64,000 nt of DNA from an uncultured Methylococcaceae bacterium (GCA_903927955.1 CAIYOW010000101.1:17937-81936), one strand, 5' to 3'. Shown: positions 38,701-49,093, counted from the stretch's first letter. The notes: generated by a model not told the origin, from the sequence alone. Made by a program: numbers and translations.

Positions 38701-39268
38701 TGCTGTGCAGCTCAGCGGAAATTTGTCCCATTTACGCACTAATGGCAGTGGTCAAATAGCGATGCTGCAATTAACCGCCCAAACCCTGCTGAGCAAAGAA
38801 AAAAAAGACAAAAAAATCCAGTTTCACAAAGTGTTGGGCTATTGGGTGCAACATTTGGCGGCTTGTGCCGATGAAGTACCACTACAGACCTTAGTGATCG
38901 CTGCCGATGGTGTTTTGACTATCCCGCCCATTGCGCTAGACGATGCCTACGCATTGTTACACGAGCTGCTTGAAGCCTATCATCTGGGCTTGCAAACCCC
39001 AGTGCCATTGGCTTGCAAAACGGGTTTTGCTTGGTTGGCGGCACCGTCTGATAAAGCATTGGAAAAGGCCAAAAGCACTTACGAAGGTAACGAACAGTAT
39101 AGCGGGGAAATGGCTTACGATGCCTACTTAAGGCGTTTTTACCCTAGTTTTGCCGAGCTGAACCCTGCAACCACCAAAGAGAATTTCACCTTTTGGGCAG
39201 ACCGCCTGTACCGCCCGCCATTTAATCACATTAAGCAACTTGACACCGCTAAAGGGGAAACAAAATGA
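35756..39268 (+). CDS. recC: Exodeoxyribonuclease V gamma subunit
   Basis: HSNQLE, LVQSNGMGQWL, ADLFDQYQVYRADW, NPCQHYW, HSSQREVEILHD, CTLMPMRAIPF, PPSVLVSQL. Confidence 0.96.
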   Translation: MLMNDTCHTTYLESGIAVIHSNQLEQLGEVLAYWLQTHPLAPLENELVLVQSNGMGQWLKQSLAHNAALGIAAAMTMQLPSLFIWSAYRAVLGAQIPKEQPLAKAPLLWRLYRLLPSLTAQTDFATLAHFLADDNNSRKRYQLAEQLADLFDQYQVYRADWLADWLAGQNSLRNGHGELIALTDKHHWQPALWRAVLADLDTESLPFASRASVHGQFLQKMDKLTSKPTGLPRRIILFGLSSLPQQALEVFAKLGKFCQIILFVHNPCQHYWADIIEDKELLKAESRRHTYKAGMSDSLNAEALHLYAPPLLAAWGKQGRDYIRLLDQFDHTEAYANWHWPEQKIDVFADYGEAGRRSLLQNLQQAILDLEPLPNQPLLLDKLDASLVFHIAHSSQREVEILHDQLLTRFEAAQQNGQPLYPRDVLVMVPDINQYAPAIRAVFDLIPPDDPRHIPYSLADQQQRGQNPLLVAVEALLNLPEARFTVSEFLDLLRLPALRERFKLKEEAIGKLHQWIEEAGIRWGLNAGQRSQAVAMPAHLDANTWLFGLRRMLLGYAVGAGETFNGIAPYEEIGGLDAQWLGGLCFLLDTLEHYSTLLKGEYNPLAWQTLLGKLLDDFFCASDDRELKTLNTLRSCLASWQHHCELAGLGDNDLLPINVVREAWLNEVDEPALHRRFLSGRVNFCTLMPMRAIPFRVICLLGMNDGDYPRCQPSPSFDLMGQSGQYRPGDRSRRQDDQYLFLEAVLSAREQLYISWVGRSIRDNSERPPSVLVSQLRDVLAQSWILPEKQPKLLEALTLVHPLQAFSLAYVAHNRDNRLFTYAREWFGDKPAEESGCAELTGPSEKNLTVSLDTLARFLKAPVKTFCQYTLKLAFEEENLTSEDCEPFAFDKLQTHIHSQQLLDTLKSENPDDIEAFFSQQQTSLARQGQLPLGGFAKMAYRSIAEPVQQAWYRFNTLQTSWPTELDARAIQLPTFMLAQGIAVQLSGNLSHLRTNGSGQIAMLQLTAQTLLSKEKKDKKIQFHKVLGYWVQHLAACADEVPLQTLVIAADGVLTIPPIALDDAYALLHELLEAYHLGLQTPVPLACKTGFAWLAAPSDKALEKAKSTYEGNEQYSGEMAYDAYLRRFYPSFAELNPATTKENFTFWADRLYRPPFNHIKQLDTAKGETK

Positions 39269-42200
39269 GTGCTGTCATCCCCTTAAAAACGCTACATTTT
39301 CCCTTATTTGGCACACGTTTGATTGAGGCCAGTGCGGGCACTGGCAAAACCTACACGATTGCCGCGTTGTATGTGCGGCTGATTTTGGGGCATAGCACTG
39401 AACATAAAAGTAACCCGCGTGTTTATTTGCCGCCCGATATTTTAGTGGTGACTTTCACCGATGCTGCCACTAAGGAATTGCGCGAGCGTATCCGTGACCG
39501 TTTGAGCCAAGCCGCCCGTTTTTTTCGCGGTCAAGCCGCGCATGACCAAGATGACCCGTTTTTGCAGGATATTCGCGGCGCTTATGCGGAACAGGACTGG
39601 CCCGCTTGTGCCAGACGTTTGGAGTTGGCGGCAAACTGGATGGATGAGTCCGCCGTTTACACCATCCACGGCTGGTGCAACCGCATGTTACAGCAACATG
39701 CCTTTGATAGCGGCAGCTTGTTCCGGCAGGAGGTGAACACCACCGACACCGAGCTGCTGCATGAAGTGGTCAGGGATTATTGGCGTAGTTTTTATTATGA
39801 TGGCTCCATTGATGAAGCGAGTTTTAGTAAGATTTATGAGTACTTTGAACAACCCGATGAGCTATACAATCAAATCCGTCCGCTACTTGGCGATGTGGCA
39901 TCAATCCCTCGCAGCATGGCAAGCGATAAAGGTTTTTCAGTGTTGCTCGCTTCGGTGGACGCTTCTAAACAAGTCTATTTAAGTGATCTGAAAGCACCGT
40001 GGGGCAAATGGGCGGATGAGATTGAAGCGCTATTAAAAACAGCGGTTGCCAATAAAGTGCTACCAGCAAGAAATTACAGCGCTAAGACCCTGCCCGATTG
40101 GATTGCCAAAATTAAAGCTTGGGCGGCCAATCCCGAGCAGGAAATTCTGGATATAGGCAAAGGGTTTGAAAATTTGACGCCCGCTGGGCTGAAAAACTTG
40201 ACCAAGCCTGGATTGGTGCCTCCGCAACATCCCGGTTTTGATGCCATTGCCTTGCTGCAACAACAACTCAACCAACTACCCAGCTTAAAGGTTGAGCTGA
40301 TCAAGCACGCCGTCCATTGGATTAACCAACGCTACGATACTGAAAAACAACGTATCGCCCGTATGACCTTTGATGACATGCTGACGCGCTTGGACTGTGC
40401 CTTACAAGGCGAAAACGGCGCACAGCTCGCCCTTATGATCAGGCAGCAATACCCGATTGCCCTGATTGATGAGTTTCAGGACACCGACCCCATCCAGTAC
40501 CGCATCTTCTCCACCTTGTATCCGACTAAGAACAATGACGGTAGCGGCTGTTTTATGATTGGCGACCCCAAGCAGGCCATTTATTCGTTCCGTGGTGCGG
40601 ATATTTATACCTATCTTAAAGCCCATCAAGACACCTTTGGCAACCATTACACTTTAGGCACCAACTTCCGTTCCACGCAAAATTTGGTGGCGGCGGTCAA
40701 CCAAGTGTTTGTCCATGCTGACCAACGGCCGGAAGGGGCTTTCCGTTTTAAGAAAGCAGACAAGACCAACCCGTTACCGTTTATCGCCGTTAACGCTAAG
40801 GGCCGTGATGATGACTGGGTGATTGATGATAAAACAGCCCCCCCGTTAACTATCTGGCATTGGCAAGCCAGTGAGCCAGTAGGGATACCGGAATATCGGG
40901 AGCAAATGGCGGAAGTCACTGCCAGCGAGATTGTCAGCTTGCTCAATTCGGCAAGTTTGGGCAAACACACCGGATTTAAATCGCCAAAGGCGTTTAAACC
41001 GATACAACCTTCTGATATTGCCATTCTGGTGCGTACGGGCCACGAAGCCAAAATGATGCGCGATGCACTGGCAAGCCGGAGCTTGCGCAGCGTGTACCTT
41101 TCTGAAAAAGATTCAATTTTTGCCAGTCGTGAGGCCGCCGACCTGCTGCTGTGGCTAAAGGCTTTGGCCGAGCCGCACAATGAACGCAAGGTGCGTAGCG
41201 CATTGGGAACGGCCACTTTTGGCTGGTCTTACCAGACCTTACAACAATGGGCAGTGGATGAACCTCGCTGGGAAATGCACTTGGAACGCTTTATGGGCTA
41301 CCAGCAACGTTGGCGGCAATATGGTATTTTACCGGCCCTACGGCAACTGATTGGCGATTACCAGTTACATGCACGGCTCATGGCAAAACATGAAGGCGAA
41401 CGCTGCATGACCAATTTATTGCATTTGGCTGAGTTGCTGCAACAAGCCAACAGCCAAATCGAAGGCGAACAAGCACTGATCCGGCATTTGGCGGAAATGA
41501 TTGAAGCCAGCGGTCAAACCAGCAACGAGGCCATTATCCGGCTAGAAAGCGATGCCAACCTGATTAAAATCATTACCATCCACAAATCTAAAGGGCTGGA
41601 ATATCCTTTAGTGTTTTTGCCATTTATCTGTAGCTTTAGGGAAGCCAATAATCGTAATAGCAAATATTGTTATCGCTATCACGATGAACAGCACCAATTA
41701 ACCATAGATATAGGCAAAAACGACACCAGCCAAGCCCTAGACGATGCCGAGCGGCTGCAAGAAGATTTACGTTTGCTCTATGTTGCTTTGACCCGAGCGC
41801 GTTATGCCTGTTGGCTGGGGATTGCCCCGATAAAAATTGGTAACGCTAAAGACTGCCACCTAGCTAAATCGGCAATCGGCCATGTGCTGGGCTGGCAAGC
41901 TAAAATGCCCGCGAATGCCTTGGAAAACCAACTCAAGCAGCTTAAAGGCGAGTGCGGACATATCGCAATAACAACATTACCTACGCCTAGCTGCGCTATT
42001 TTTATGGCCCCCACACAACAGAGCCAGACGGACACTATACGGATAGCAACCACTCAGATTATCAATAATTGGTGGGTGGCCAGTTATAGCGCGTTGCAAA
42101 TTGCCCCTAAACAAGCCATTGGGCAAACTATTGATGAGGACAGACGCACATCGTCAAGTGAACCGGAAACGGCTCAAGAGGATAAGCAAGCTGATGAAGC

Positions 42201-42981
42201 AGATGCTAGCAGTATCCTGTCAACGCCTGTCATTACCGGTGTCCATAGCCTGCCTCGCGGAGCCACACCGGGTGTGCTAGTACATGGGCTATTGGAACAG
42301 TGCGCCCAGATAGGTTTTGCGGCAGTGCAAAAAAATCCGGCTATCGCTAGCGAGCTGGTCAAAAAAGTCTGCACAGCGCAAGTGTGGAATGATCAACAAC
42401 AAACACTGCTTGCTGAAGCACTCGCGCACTGGTTGACTATGCCATTGCTGACAGGGGCGGAAATTAGTTTGGCCTCATTAGGCATTAATGCGTATCAGGC
42501 CGAATTGGAGTTTTTGATAGGTGCTGACACGGTGGATGTGCAAATACTGGACAGGCTGGTCGTTGCCCATCTTTTTGCGGGTGCAGCACGTCCGCCATTA
42601 ATGCCCCAACAGATTAATGGCCTATTGAAAGGCTTTATCGATTTGGTGTTTGTCCACAACCAACAATATTATGTGGCGGATTACAAATTTAACGGCTTAG
42701 GTGATGATGACTCGGCCTATAGCCAAGAAGCACTGGTGGCGGCCATGTTGGCTAAGCGATATGATTTGCAAAGTGCACTGTATTTGTTGGCTTTACATCG
42801 CTTGTTAAAAACCCGTTTGGGCGATACTTATGATTATGATGAGCATGTCGGCGGCAGCTTGTATCTGTTCTTGCGCGGTGCGCGTGGCCCAGCAGGGGGG
42901 CGGGTGTTTTATAAACCACCCCGCCTTTTTATCGAAGCGTTGGACAGGCTTTTTTTGCATACGGCTAGCCGCGAAGGGTGA
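39265..42981 (+). CDS. recB: Exodeoxyribonuclease V beta subunit
   Basis: IEASAGTGKTY, VVTFTDAATKEL, LIDEFQDTD, IGDPKQAIYSFRGAD, TIHKSKGLEY, LYVALTRA, nuclease KGFIDLVF...VADYK. Confidence 0.97.
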   Translation: MSAVIPLKTLHFPLFGTRLIEASAGTGKTYTIAALYVRLILGHSTEHKSNPRVYLPPDILVVTFTDAATKELRERIRDRLSQAARFFRGQAAHDQDDPFLQDIRGAYAEQDWPACARRLELAANWMDESAVYTIHGWCNRMLQQHAFDSGSLFRQEVNTTDTELLHEVVRDYWRSFYYDGSIDEASFSKIYEYFEQPDELYNQIRPLLGDVASIPRSMASDKGFSVLLASVDASKQVYLSDLKAPWGKWADEIEALLKTAVANKVLPARNYSAKTLPDWIAKIKAWAANPEQEILDIGKGFENLTPAGLKNLTKPGLVPPQHPGFDAIALLQQQLNQLPSLKVELIKHAVHWINQRYDTEKQRIARMTFDDMLTRLDCALQGENGAQLALMIRQQYPIALIDEFQDTDPIQYRIFSTLYPTKNNDGSGCFMIGDPKQAIYSFRGADIYTYLKAHQDTFGNHYTLGTNFRSTQNLVAAVNQVFVHADQRPEGAFRFKKADKTNPLPFIAVNAKGRDDDWVIDDKTAPPLTIWHWQASEPVGIPEYREQMAEVTASEIVSLLNSASLGKHTGFKSPKAFKPIQPSDIAILVRTGHEAKMMRDALASRSLRSVYLSEKDSIFASREAADLLLWLKALAEPHNERKVRSALGTATFGWSYQTLQQWAVDEPRWEMHLERFMGYQQRWRQYGILPALRQLIGDYQLHARLMAKHEGERCMTNLLHLAELLQQANSQIEGEQALIRHLAEMIEASGQTSNEAIIRLESDANLIKIITIHKSKGLEYPLVFLPFICSFREANNRNSKYCYRYHDEQHQLTIDIGKNDTSQALDDAERLQEDLRLLYVALTRARYACWLGIAPIKIGNAKDCHLAKSAIGHVLGWQAKMPANALENQLKQLKGECGHIAITTLPTPSCAIFMAPTQQSQTDTIRIATTQIINNWWVASYSALQIAPKQAIGQTIDEDRRTSSSEPETAQEDKQADEADASSILSTPVITGVHSLPRGATPGVLVHGLLEQCAQIGFAAVQKNPAIASELVKKVCTAQVWNDQQQTLLAEALAHWLTMPLLTGAEISLASLGINAYQAELEFLIGADTVDVQILDRLVVAHLFAGAARPPLMPQQINGLLKGFIDLVFVHNQQYYVADYKFNGLGDDDSAYSQEALVAAMLAKRYDLQSALYLLALHRLLKTRLGDTYDYDEHVGGSLYLFLRGARGPAGGRVFYKPPRLFIEALDRLFLHTASREG

Positions 42982-42995
42982 TGGAGTGATATGGC

Positions 42996-44999
42996 GTGAT
43001 GATGAAACAGACAAAACAACCCTCATCGGTATTTGGCAGCATGGGCCGCTGGCTGGAACGTGGCTGGTTAAGCCAGTTGAATTGGGCGTTTGCCCGTTTT
43101 TTATTAGATCAGGATGCACAAGCGGGTGACGCCGTGTTCTGGGCAGGGGCTTTGTTAAGCCGCCAATTGGACAGGGGTGAAGTGTATCTGGATTTGCAAA
43201 AACTCTGTGCCAACCCTGGTTTAACCTTAGGGCTTCCCAACGAAACGGCTTGGCAAGCGGGACAGTTTATTAGTCCTGATGATTGGTCGCCGATCGCTGG
43301 TTACCGGCTTGCCGACTGGCAAACCGCGCTGGGCCAATCGGTGCTGGTCAGTTCTGGGGCGGGTAACACACCGATGGTGTTGGATGGCTGCCGGTTATAT
43401 TTAAGGCGTTACTGGCATTACCAGCAAACCGTCAATAGCGGCATCCTGCAACGCCTGACCCCCATTCGAGAATGCTTGCCAATAGATTTGTTGCAACCCT
43501 TGCAAATGCTGTTTAACAGTAGCCCCGAACAACCCGATTGGCAAAAAATTGCGTGTGTTTTAGCGTTACGTTGCCGCTTCACCATCATCACCGGCGGGCC
43601 CGGCACTGGCAAAACCACCACCTTGACCAAATTGCTTGCGTTGTTGATCACACTACACGAGCAGGAACAAGTATCGGAAAACCCGCGAAAACTTAATATC
43701 CTGCTGGCTGCACCGACCGGCAAGGCCGCTGCACGGGTCAGTGAGTCCATTGGCAAAGCGGTGGATAAGTTGGCAGTCACGCCCGACATTAAACAAGACA
43801 TCCCCAACAAAGCCAGCACATTACACCGTCTGCTGGGCAGCCGTCACAACACCCGCCGATTCAGTTATCACCGCAACAATCCCTTGGTGGCGGATATGGT
43901 GATTGTCGATGAAGCGTCCATGATCGACTTGGAAATGATGGCTTGTTTGCTGGATGCCTTGCCGCCCACCGCCCATTTGATTTTATTGGGCGATAAAGAC
44001 CAATTGGCGTCGGTCGAAGCGGGTGCGGTGATGGGGGATTTGTGCCACGGCGCTGAACACAATGCCTATAATAATGCCACCGTGCAATGGATTAGGCAGT
44101 ATGCCGGCTATAAACTGCCAGCCCCTGCACCAAGCACCGGTAGCGCTATTAACCAGCAGACTATTATGCTGCGATATAGCCACCGCTTTAATGAACACAG
44201 CGGTATTGGACAACTAGCCAAGGCAGTCAATGGCGGTGATGTTGCATTGGCCCAATCCATCCTCAATGCTACCGACCGCTACCCTGATCTGTTGCCATTG
44301 CCCGCGCAAATGTACATAAAGCATCGTGCCAATCCGCAACCGGAAACCGCCAATAAGCTGTTAAAAGCACTGCTGCTTATCAATGGCGAGGATGCCCAAG
44401 GCAGCAAGTCTATGGCGCGCGGATATGCTTTTTACCGCGATATTATGCAGCTGCAACGGCCCACGGACAGCAGCCAATACCACGCATGGGCAAACCAAGT
44501 GTTGCAGGCATTTGACACTTTTCAGGTGTTGTGTGCATTGCGCCAAGGGCCTTGGGGGGTTGCGGGATTAAACCAGCGTATTGCCGACTGGTTGCTGCCA
44601 CAGCGTAAACCTGGCCTATGGTACGAAGGCCGTCCGATTATGGTCACGCGTAACGATTACAATTTGGGCTTGATGAACGGTGACATCGGCATAACCTTGC
44701 AAGATGCAAACGGCAAACTAAAAGTGGTGTTTCCGCAGGATGATCCGCTGGCTGATGGCTCGCTACGCTGGCTATCGCCTATGCGTTTGCCTGAAGTGGA
44801 AACGGCTTTTGCCATAACCGTGCATAAGTCGCAAGGCTCGGAGTTCAACCATGTGCTGTTGGCACTGCCGGAACACACGAGTGCTGTGCTGACGCGCGAG
44901 CTGATCTATACCGGCATTACCCGTGCCAAAGAACATTTCACCTTGCTGGAAAGTAAGGCGGGGGTATTTGGGCAGGCTATTTTATCGACCTGTAAATAA
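42996..44999 (+). CDS. recD: Exodeoxyribonuclease V alpha subunit
   Basis: LYLRRYW, DWQKIA, TGGPGTGKTTT, AAPTGKAAAR, VDEASM, LGDKDQL, NGDIG, TVHKSQGSEF, YTGITRA. Confidence 0.97.
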   Translation: MMMKQTKQPSSVFGSMGRWLERGWLSQLNWAFARFLLDQDAQAGDAVFWAGALLSRQLDRGEVYLDLQKLCANPGLTLGLPNETAWQAGQFISPDDWSPIAGYRLADWQTALGQSVLVSSGAGNTPMVLDGCRLYLRRYWHYQQTVNSGILQRLTPIRECLPIDLLQPLQMLFNSSPEQPDWQKIACVLALRCRFTIITGGPGTGKTTTLTKLLALLITLHEQEQVSENPRKLNILLAAPTGKAAARVSESIGKAVDKLAVTPDIKQDIPNKASTLHRLLGSRHNTRRFSYHRNNPLVADMVIVDEASMIDLEMMACLLDALPPTAHLILLGDKDQLASVEAGAVMGDLCHGAEHNAYNNATVQWIRQYAGYKLPAPAPSTGSAINQQTIMLRYSHRFNEHSGIGQLAKAVNGGDVALAQSILNATDRYPDLLPLPAQMYIKHRANPQPETANKLLKALLLINGEDAQGSKSMARGYAFYRDIMQLQRPTDSSQYHAWANQVLQAFDTFQVLCALRQGPWGVAGLNQRIADWLLPQRKPGLWYEGRPIMVTRNDYNLGLMNGDIGITLQDANGKLKVVFPQDDPLADGSLRWLSPMRLPEVETAFAITVHKSQGSEFNHVLLALPEHTSAVLTRELIYTGITRAKEHFTLLESKAGVFGQAILSTCK

Positions 45000-45073
45000 T
45001 GGTTTTGGGCAAACAATGACGTTGTTTGATCTGCAATAATTGTGTTTTTCGTGGAAAAAATAGGAGAAACCTT

Positions 45074-45322
45074 ATGCAACTGATCGTAAATTACCCCGAA
45101 AAATTACCTGATGCTTTGCAGCAATCGCCAGCACAATTTGAACAAGAAGCAAAAATGGCGATGGCGGTAAAGCTGTATGAACTCAAGAGAATTTCCAGCG
45201 GTACCGCTGCTTCCCTTATTGGCATGGAGCGGGTGGAATTTTTGCTTGCGTTGCATCGCTATGGCGTAGCCGTCATTGATTTAGGTGCAGAAGAATTGCA
45301 GTCGGACTTTGACAATGCCTGA
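45074..45322 (+). CDS. UPF0175 family protein (putative antitoxin)
   Basis: AGGAG RBS; MAVKLYELKRISSGTAASLIGMERVEFL..L..YGV is the UPF0175 signature; 82 aa. Confidence 0.85.
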   Translation: MQLIVNYPEKLPDALQQSPAQFEQEAKMAMAVKLYELKRISSGTAASLIGMERVEFLLALHRYGVAVIDLGAEELQSDFDNA

Positions 45323-45515
45323 GCCTAAAGAGCTGGTTATCAACACAACGCCCATCATTTCATTAATTGCGGCAACCGGATGCTTAGTATTAGAAATGTT
45401 GCCCAAGTTGGAAACGATATTGGAGAGGGAGCTTAAGTATCGCGGAATTATCAAAGACGAACAGCCTTATTCTGCTGGGTTGATTGGCTGGATTGAGATT
45501 GTAGCTTTGCCATAG
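45315..45515 (+). pseudogene. Truncated DUF3368 (PIN-like) toxin gene
   Basis: The ATG overlaps the UPF0175 stop. MPEPKELVINTTPIISLIAATG matches the DUF3368 N-terminus, then the match is lost and the frame ends at 66 aa, well short of a PIN domain. Confidence 0.7.
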
Positions 45516-45731
45516 ACCTGGATTTGATTAAATCATCGCCAGCCTATGCTGGGCTTGGTAACTTAGCGGCCCTCATGGCGTGCCCAATGGCGCATGTGAT
45601 AAAAGCCCATTTTAGAAACCGGACAAATTGCCGCATGGTAATCTATGGCAAAAAATGTCATGATAAGGGCTGTTATACTTGCCAATAACATGCGTTGTAC
45701 CTTTAAGTATTACGGATCACCCAAAACCATC

Positions 45732-47414
45732 ATGCCCTACAAATCTTTGCTACAAACCCTTCAAGATAAGGGTAAGCTTTCCGCCACAGAATTGAGAAAA
45801 GTGGAGCGTGTCAAAAAAACCACGGTTTCCGAAAGCCTACCACATCTTTTGATTAAACTGGGTTTGTGTTCCGAGAATGACGTGACTGAAGCCTTTGTGG
45901 AATCGGGTGGTTTTCAGCGCGTCCATGCCACTGATTTTCCGATTGAAAACCAGTTGCCTGAAAGCGTTTCATTGCGTTTCCTCAAACATTACCACGTCAC
46001 CGGCCTTGACCAATCGGAAACGGACACCACCGTTGCTATGATGGATCCTGAAAACCGTTTTGTGGTGGATGCCTTGCATTTGGCAACCGGCAAAACCATC
46101 CATGTCAAAGTCGGCTTGCTATCTGAAATTGATGCCGCCTTGGAAATGCAGTACGGCGAAGGCAAATCGCAGATGGATAAAATCGTCGATGGCTTGGTAC
46201 TGGAAGAAGGTGGCGAAGAAGACCTGGAACATCTTAAAGACTTAGCCAGCGAAGCCCCCGTCATCAAGATGGTCAACCTGATTATGCAACAGGCCATTGA
46301 GACTAAAGCATCGGATATACATATTGAGCCGTTTGAGCAAAGCCTAAAAGTCCGCCTAAGAATTGATGGCGTGTTGCAGGAAATTCACGCGCCGCCAGTC
46401 AAATCCACTGCTGCGGTTATTTCCCGTATCAAGATTATGGCTAAGCTCAATATCGCCGAGCGCCGTTTGCCACAGGATGGGCGTATCAAAGTACAAATGT
46501 TGGGCAAGGAACTGGATTTGCGGGTGTCCACCATACCCACCATGCACGGCGAAAGCGTGGTGATCCGTTTGCTGGACAAAGAAAATACGGTCTTGGATTT
46601 TGCCGAACTAGGCTTTTCTGGCAAGCATTTACAACAGTTTAATGAGGTGTTGGCACAACCGCACGGCATTATCCTGATCACCGGCCCGACCGGTAGCGGC
46701 AAATCCACCACCTTGTATGCCGCATTAAAACAACTGAACACTTCAGCGCGCAAAATCATCACAGTTGAAGACCCCGTCGAATACCAGATGGAAGGCATCA
46801 ACCAAATTGAGGCGAAACCGCAAATTGGCTTGACCTTTGCCTCGGCCTTACGCTCGATTGTCCGGCAAGACCCCGATGTTATTATGATTGGTGAAATGCG
46901 CGATTTGGAAACCGCCAAAATTGCCGTGCAATCTTCCTTGACCGGCCATTTGGTGCTGTCAACCCTGCATACCAATGATGCCGCCGGTGGTATTGCCCGT
47001 TTGTTGGATATGGGTCTGGAAGAATATTTGCTGAGTTCCACCGTCAACGGCATTTTGGCACAACGTTTGGTCAGGAAGCTTTGCAGCGCGTGTAAAGAAG
47101 TCGGCACGTTGGCCGACACACTCTTGCAAGATGCCCATATCCGGCGCTTTGTGCCGGAAGGCTCCATTATCTACAAACCAGTCGGCTGCCCTGCCTGCGG
47201 TGGTCTAGGCTACCGTGGGCGAATAGCCATCATCGAATTTTTGCTGATGACCGATCCGATACGCAAACTGGTTATGGCCCGTGCCGAATCCGGGCATATC
47301 CATAAACTGGCTATCAGTGAAGGTATGACCACCCTCTACGAAAACGGCCTTGAAAAAGTTGCCCAAGGCATCACTACGTTGGAAGAAGTGATGCGCGTCA
47401 CTGCAGAAAGCTAA
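45732..47414 (+). CDS. gspE: Type II secretion ATPase GspE (long XpsE type)
   Basis: N-terminal MshEN/T2SSE_N-like region, APVIKMVN, ASDIHIEP, RLPQDGR, GPTGSGKSTTLY, VEDPVEY, RQDPD, LSTLHTN. Confidence 0.96.
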   Translation: MPYKSLLQTLQDKGKLSATELRKVERVKKTTVSESLPHLLIKLGLCSENDVTEAFVESGGFQRVHATDFPIENQLPESVSLRFLKHYHVTGLDQSETDTTVAMMDPENRFVVDALHLATGKTIHVKVGLLSEIDAALEMQYGEGKSQMDKIVDGLVLEEGGEEDLEHLKDLASEAPVIKMVNLIMQQAIETKASDIHIEPFEQSLKVRLRIDGVLQEIHAPPVKSTAAVISRIKIMAKLNIAERRLPQDGRIKVQMLGKELDLRVSTIPTMHGESVVIRLLDKENTVLDFAELGFSGKHLQQFNEVLAQPHGIILITGPTGSGKSTTLYAALKQLNTSARKIITVEDPVEYQMEGINQIEAKPQIGLTFASALRSIVRQDPDVIMIGEMRDLETAKIAVQSSLTGHLVLSTLHTNDAAGGIARLLDMGLEEYLLSSTVNGILAQRLVRKLCSACKEVGTLADTLLQDAHIRRFVPEGSIIYKPVGCPACGGLGYRGRIAIIEFLLMTDPIRKLVMARAESGHIHKLAISEGMTTLYENGLEKVAQGITTLEEVMRVTAES

Positions 47415-48625
47415 TGCCCTTATTTGCTTATAAAGCCATTAACGCCTTCGGCGAAACAGAAGACGGTGTTCGTGAAGCAGCTGATGAAAAACATCTGGTC
47501 GAAGCCTTGCAAGCAGACGGTTACCTGCCCGTTAAGGTCAGTCCTGCTTCGCCGCGCTCGTTTTTAGGTTTTGGCGGCAAACAAAATCACCTTAAACAAA
47601 AAGAAATTGTGCTGTTCACCCGGGAGCTGGCCACTCTATTGGAATCAGGGCTACCACTGGACAAATCGCTGCTCGTGCTAAAAGACTTGGCGGACGATAA
47701 CGAACGTTTGCTTAAGCTCATTGGCAGGGTGCTAGAAAAAGTGAAAAGCGGCACGTCACTGGCGGATTCTTTGGAGTTGCAAGCGGGCATATTCAGTAAA
47801 TTTTATCTGAACATGATCCGTGCCGGTGAAGCAGGGGGAAACTTGGGTGAAGTGCTGGCGCGTTTGTCCGAATATCTGGAAAGCTCGCAAGAACTTAAGG
47901 ACACGGTTAGCACGGCTCTGATTTATCCGGCTATCTTGCTGGTGATGTCGTTGGCATCACTGTTTATAATGCTCACCTTTGTGGTGCCGCAATTTACTGA
48001 GATGTTCGCCAGTGCTGGTAAGGCATTGCCTTTTTCAACGCAAATTGTGGTCGGTTTGGCGGAATGGTTACAAGCTTACTGGTGGGCCTTGGCACTGGCT
48101 GTGTTTGGGGCCTCCAGCTACATGCGTTACGAAATGGCCGAACCGGCCCGTAAAAAAGTGTGGGACGGGCGGTTTTTGAAAATGCCTTTGCTGGGTGAGA
48201 TTTTCCTTAATCAGGAAACTGCCAACATAACCCGTACCTTGGGCACATTGCTGGGCAATGGCGTATCCATTATTGCCGCTATGATGATCGTACGCGAAAC
48301 CGTCGATAACTTGGTGATAGCGGATGCTATTTCGGAAGCTGAGGAACAGCTTAAACAAGGCAAGCATTTGTCGAATGCCTTGCTGGAAAAAGCCCTGTTC
48401 CCTAAAATGGCCATGCAAATGATAAAAATGGGCGAAGAAACCGGCCGGCTGGAAGAAATGCTGTTGCGTGTCGCGACTATTTATGACAAGCAATTGCGGG
48501 TATCTATCTCACGTATGCTGGCATTTTTGGAACCGGCTTTGATAATAACTTTAGGACTGATGATTGCAGGCATTATTGTGTCAATTTTGTTGGCAATCTT
48601 AAGTGTGAACGATTTGGCTTTTTAA
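47414..48625 (+). CDS. gspF: Type II secretion inner-membrane platform GspF
   Basis: FTRELATLLESGLPL, RAGEAGGNL, ALIYP, GEETGRL; TAATG coupling to gspE. Confidence 0.96.
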   Translation: MPLFAYKAINAFGETEDGVREAADEKHLVEALQADGYLPVKVSPASPRSFLGFGGKQNHLKQKEIVLFTRELATLLESGLPLDKSLLVLKDLADDNERLLKLIGRVLEKVKSGTSLADSLELQAGIFSKFYLNMIRAGEAGGNLGEVLARLSEYLESSQELKDTVSTALIYPAILLVMSLASLFIMLTFVVPQFTEMFASAGKALPFSTQIVVGLAEWLQAYWWALALAVFGASSYMRYEMAEPARKKVWDGRFLKMPLLGEIFLNQETANITRTLGTLLGNGVSIIAAMMIVRETVDNLVIADAISEAEEQLKQGKHLSNALLEKALFPKMAMQMIKMGEETGRLEEMLLRVATIYDKQLRVSISRMLAFLEPALIITLGLMIAGIIVSILLAILSVNDLAF

Positions 48626-48642
48626 CAGCAGACTTAACCATC

Positions 48643-49074
48643 ATGAAACATTACAACACTAAACATCAACAAACAGGTTTCACCTTACTTGAGCTTCTGG
48701 TCGTATTGGGCATTATTGCCATGTTAGCCGGTATTGTAGGGCCACAAGTGATGAAACACATGGGCGAATCGAAAACTAAAGCCGCTAAAGTGCAGGTTGA
48801 AGACCTTTCCGCCAGTTTGGACATGTACAAACTGGACTTGGGCCGCTACCCCACCACTGACGAGGGCTTGAACGCATTAGTGGAATCGCCCGACAGCTCC
48901 AAACCTTGGAACGGCCCGTATTTGAAAAAATCAAAAGTGCCTGTTGACCCTTGGCAACAACCTTACCACTATGTATCGCCCGGCGAGCATGGCAAGTTTG
49001 ACTTGTTCTCCTACGGGGCGGACGGCAAAGAAGGCGGCGAAGGCGAAGACCAAGATTTGCTGAGCTGGCAATAA
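48643..49074 (+). CDS. gspG: Major pseudopilin GspG
   Basis: GFTLLELLVVL, DMYKLDLGRYPTT.EGL.AL, WNGPYL, DPWQQPY, SYGADG. Confidence 0.97.
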   Translation: MKHYNTKHQQTGFTLLELLVVLGIIAMLAGIVGPQVMKHMGESKTKAAKVQVEDLSASLDMYKLDLGRYPTTDEGLNALVESPDSSKPWNGPYLKKSKVPVDPWQQPYHYVSPGEHGKFDLFSYGADGKEGGEGEDQDLLSWQ

Positions 49075-49093
49075 ACCAGCAGCCTGCACCAGC

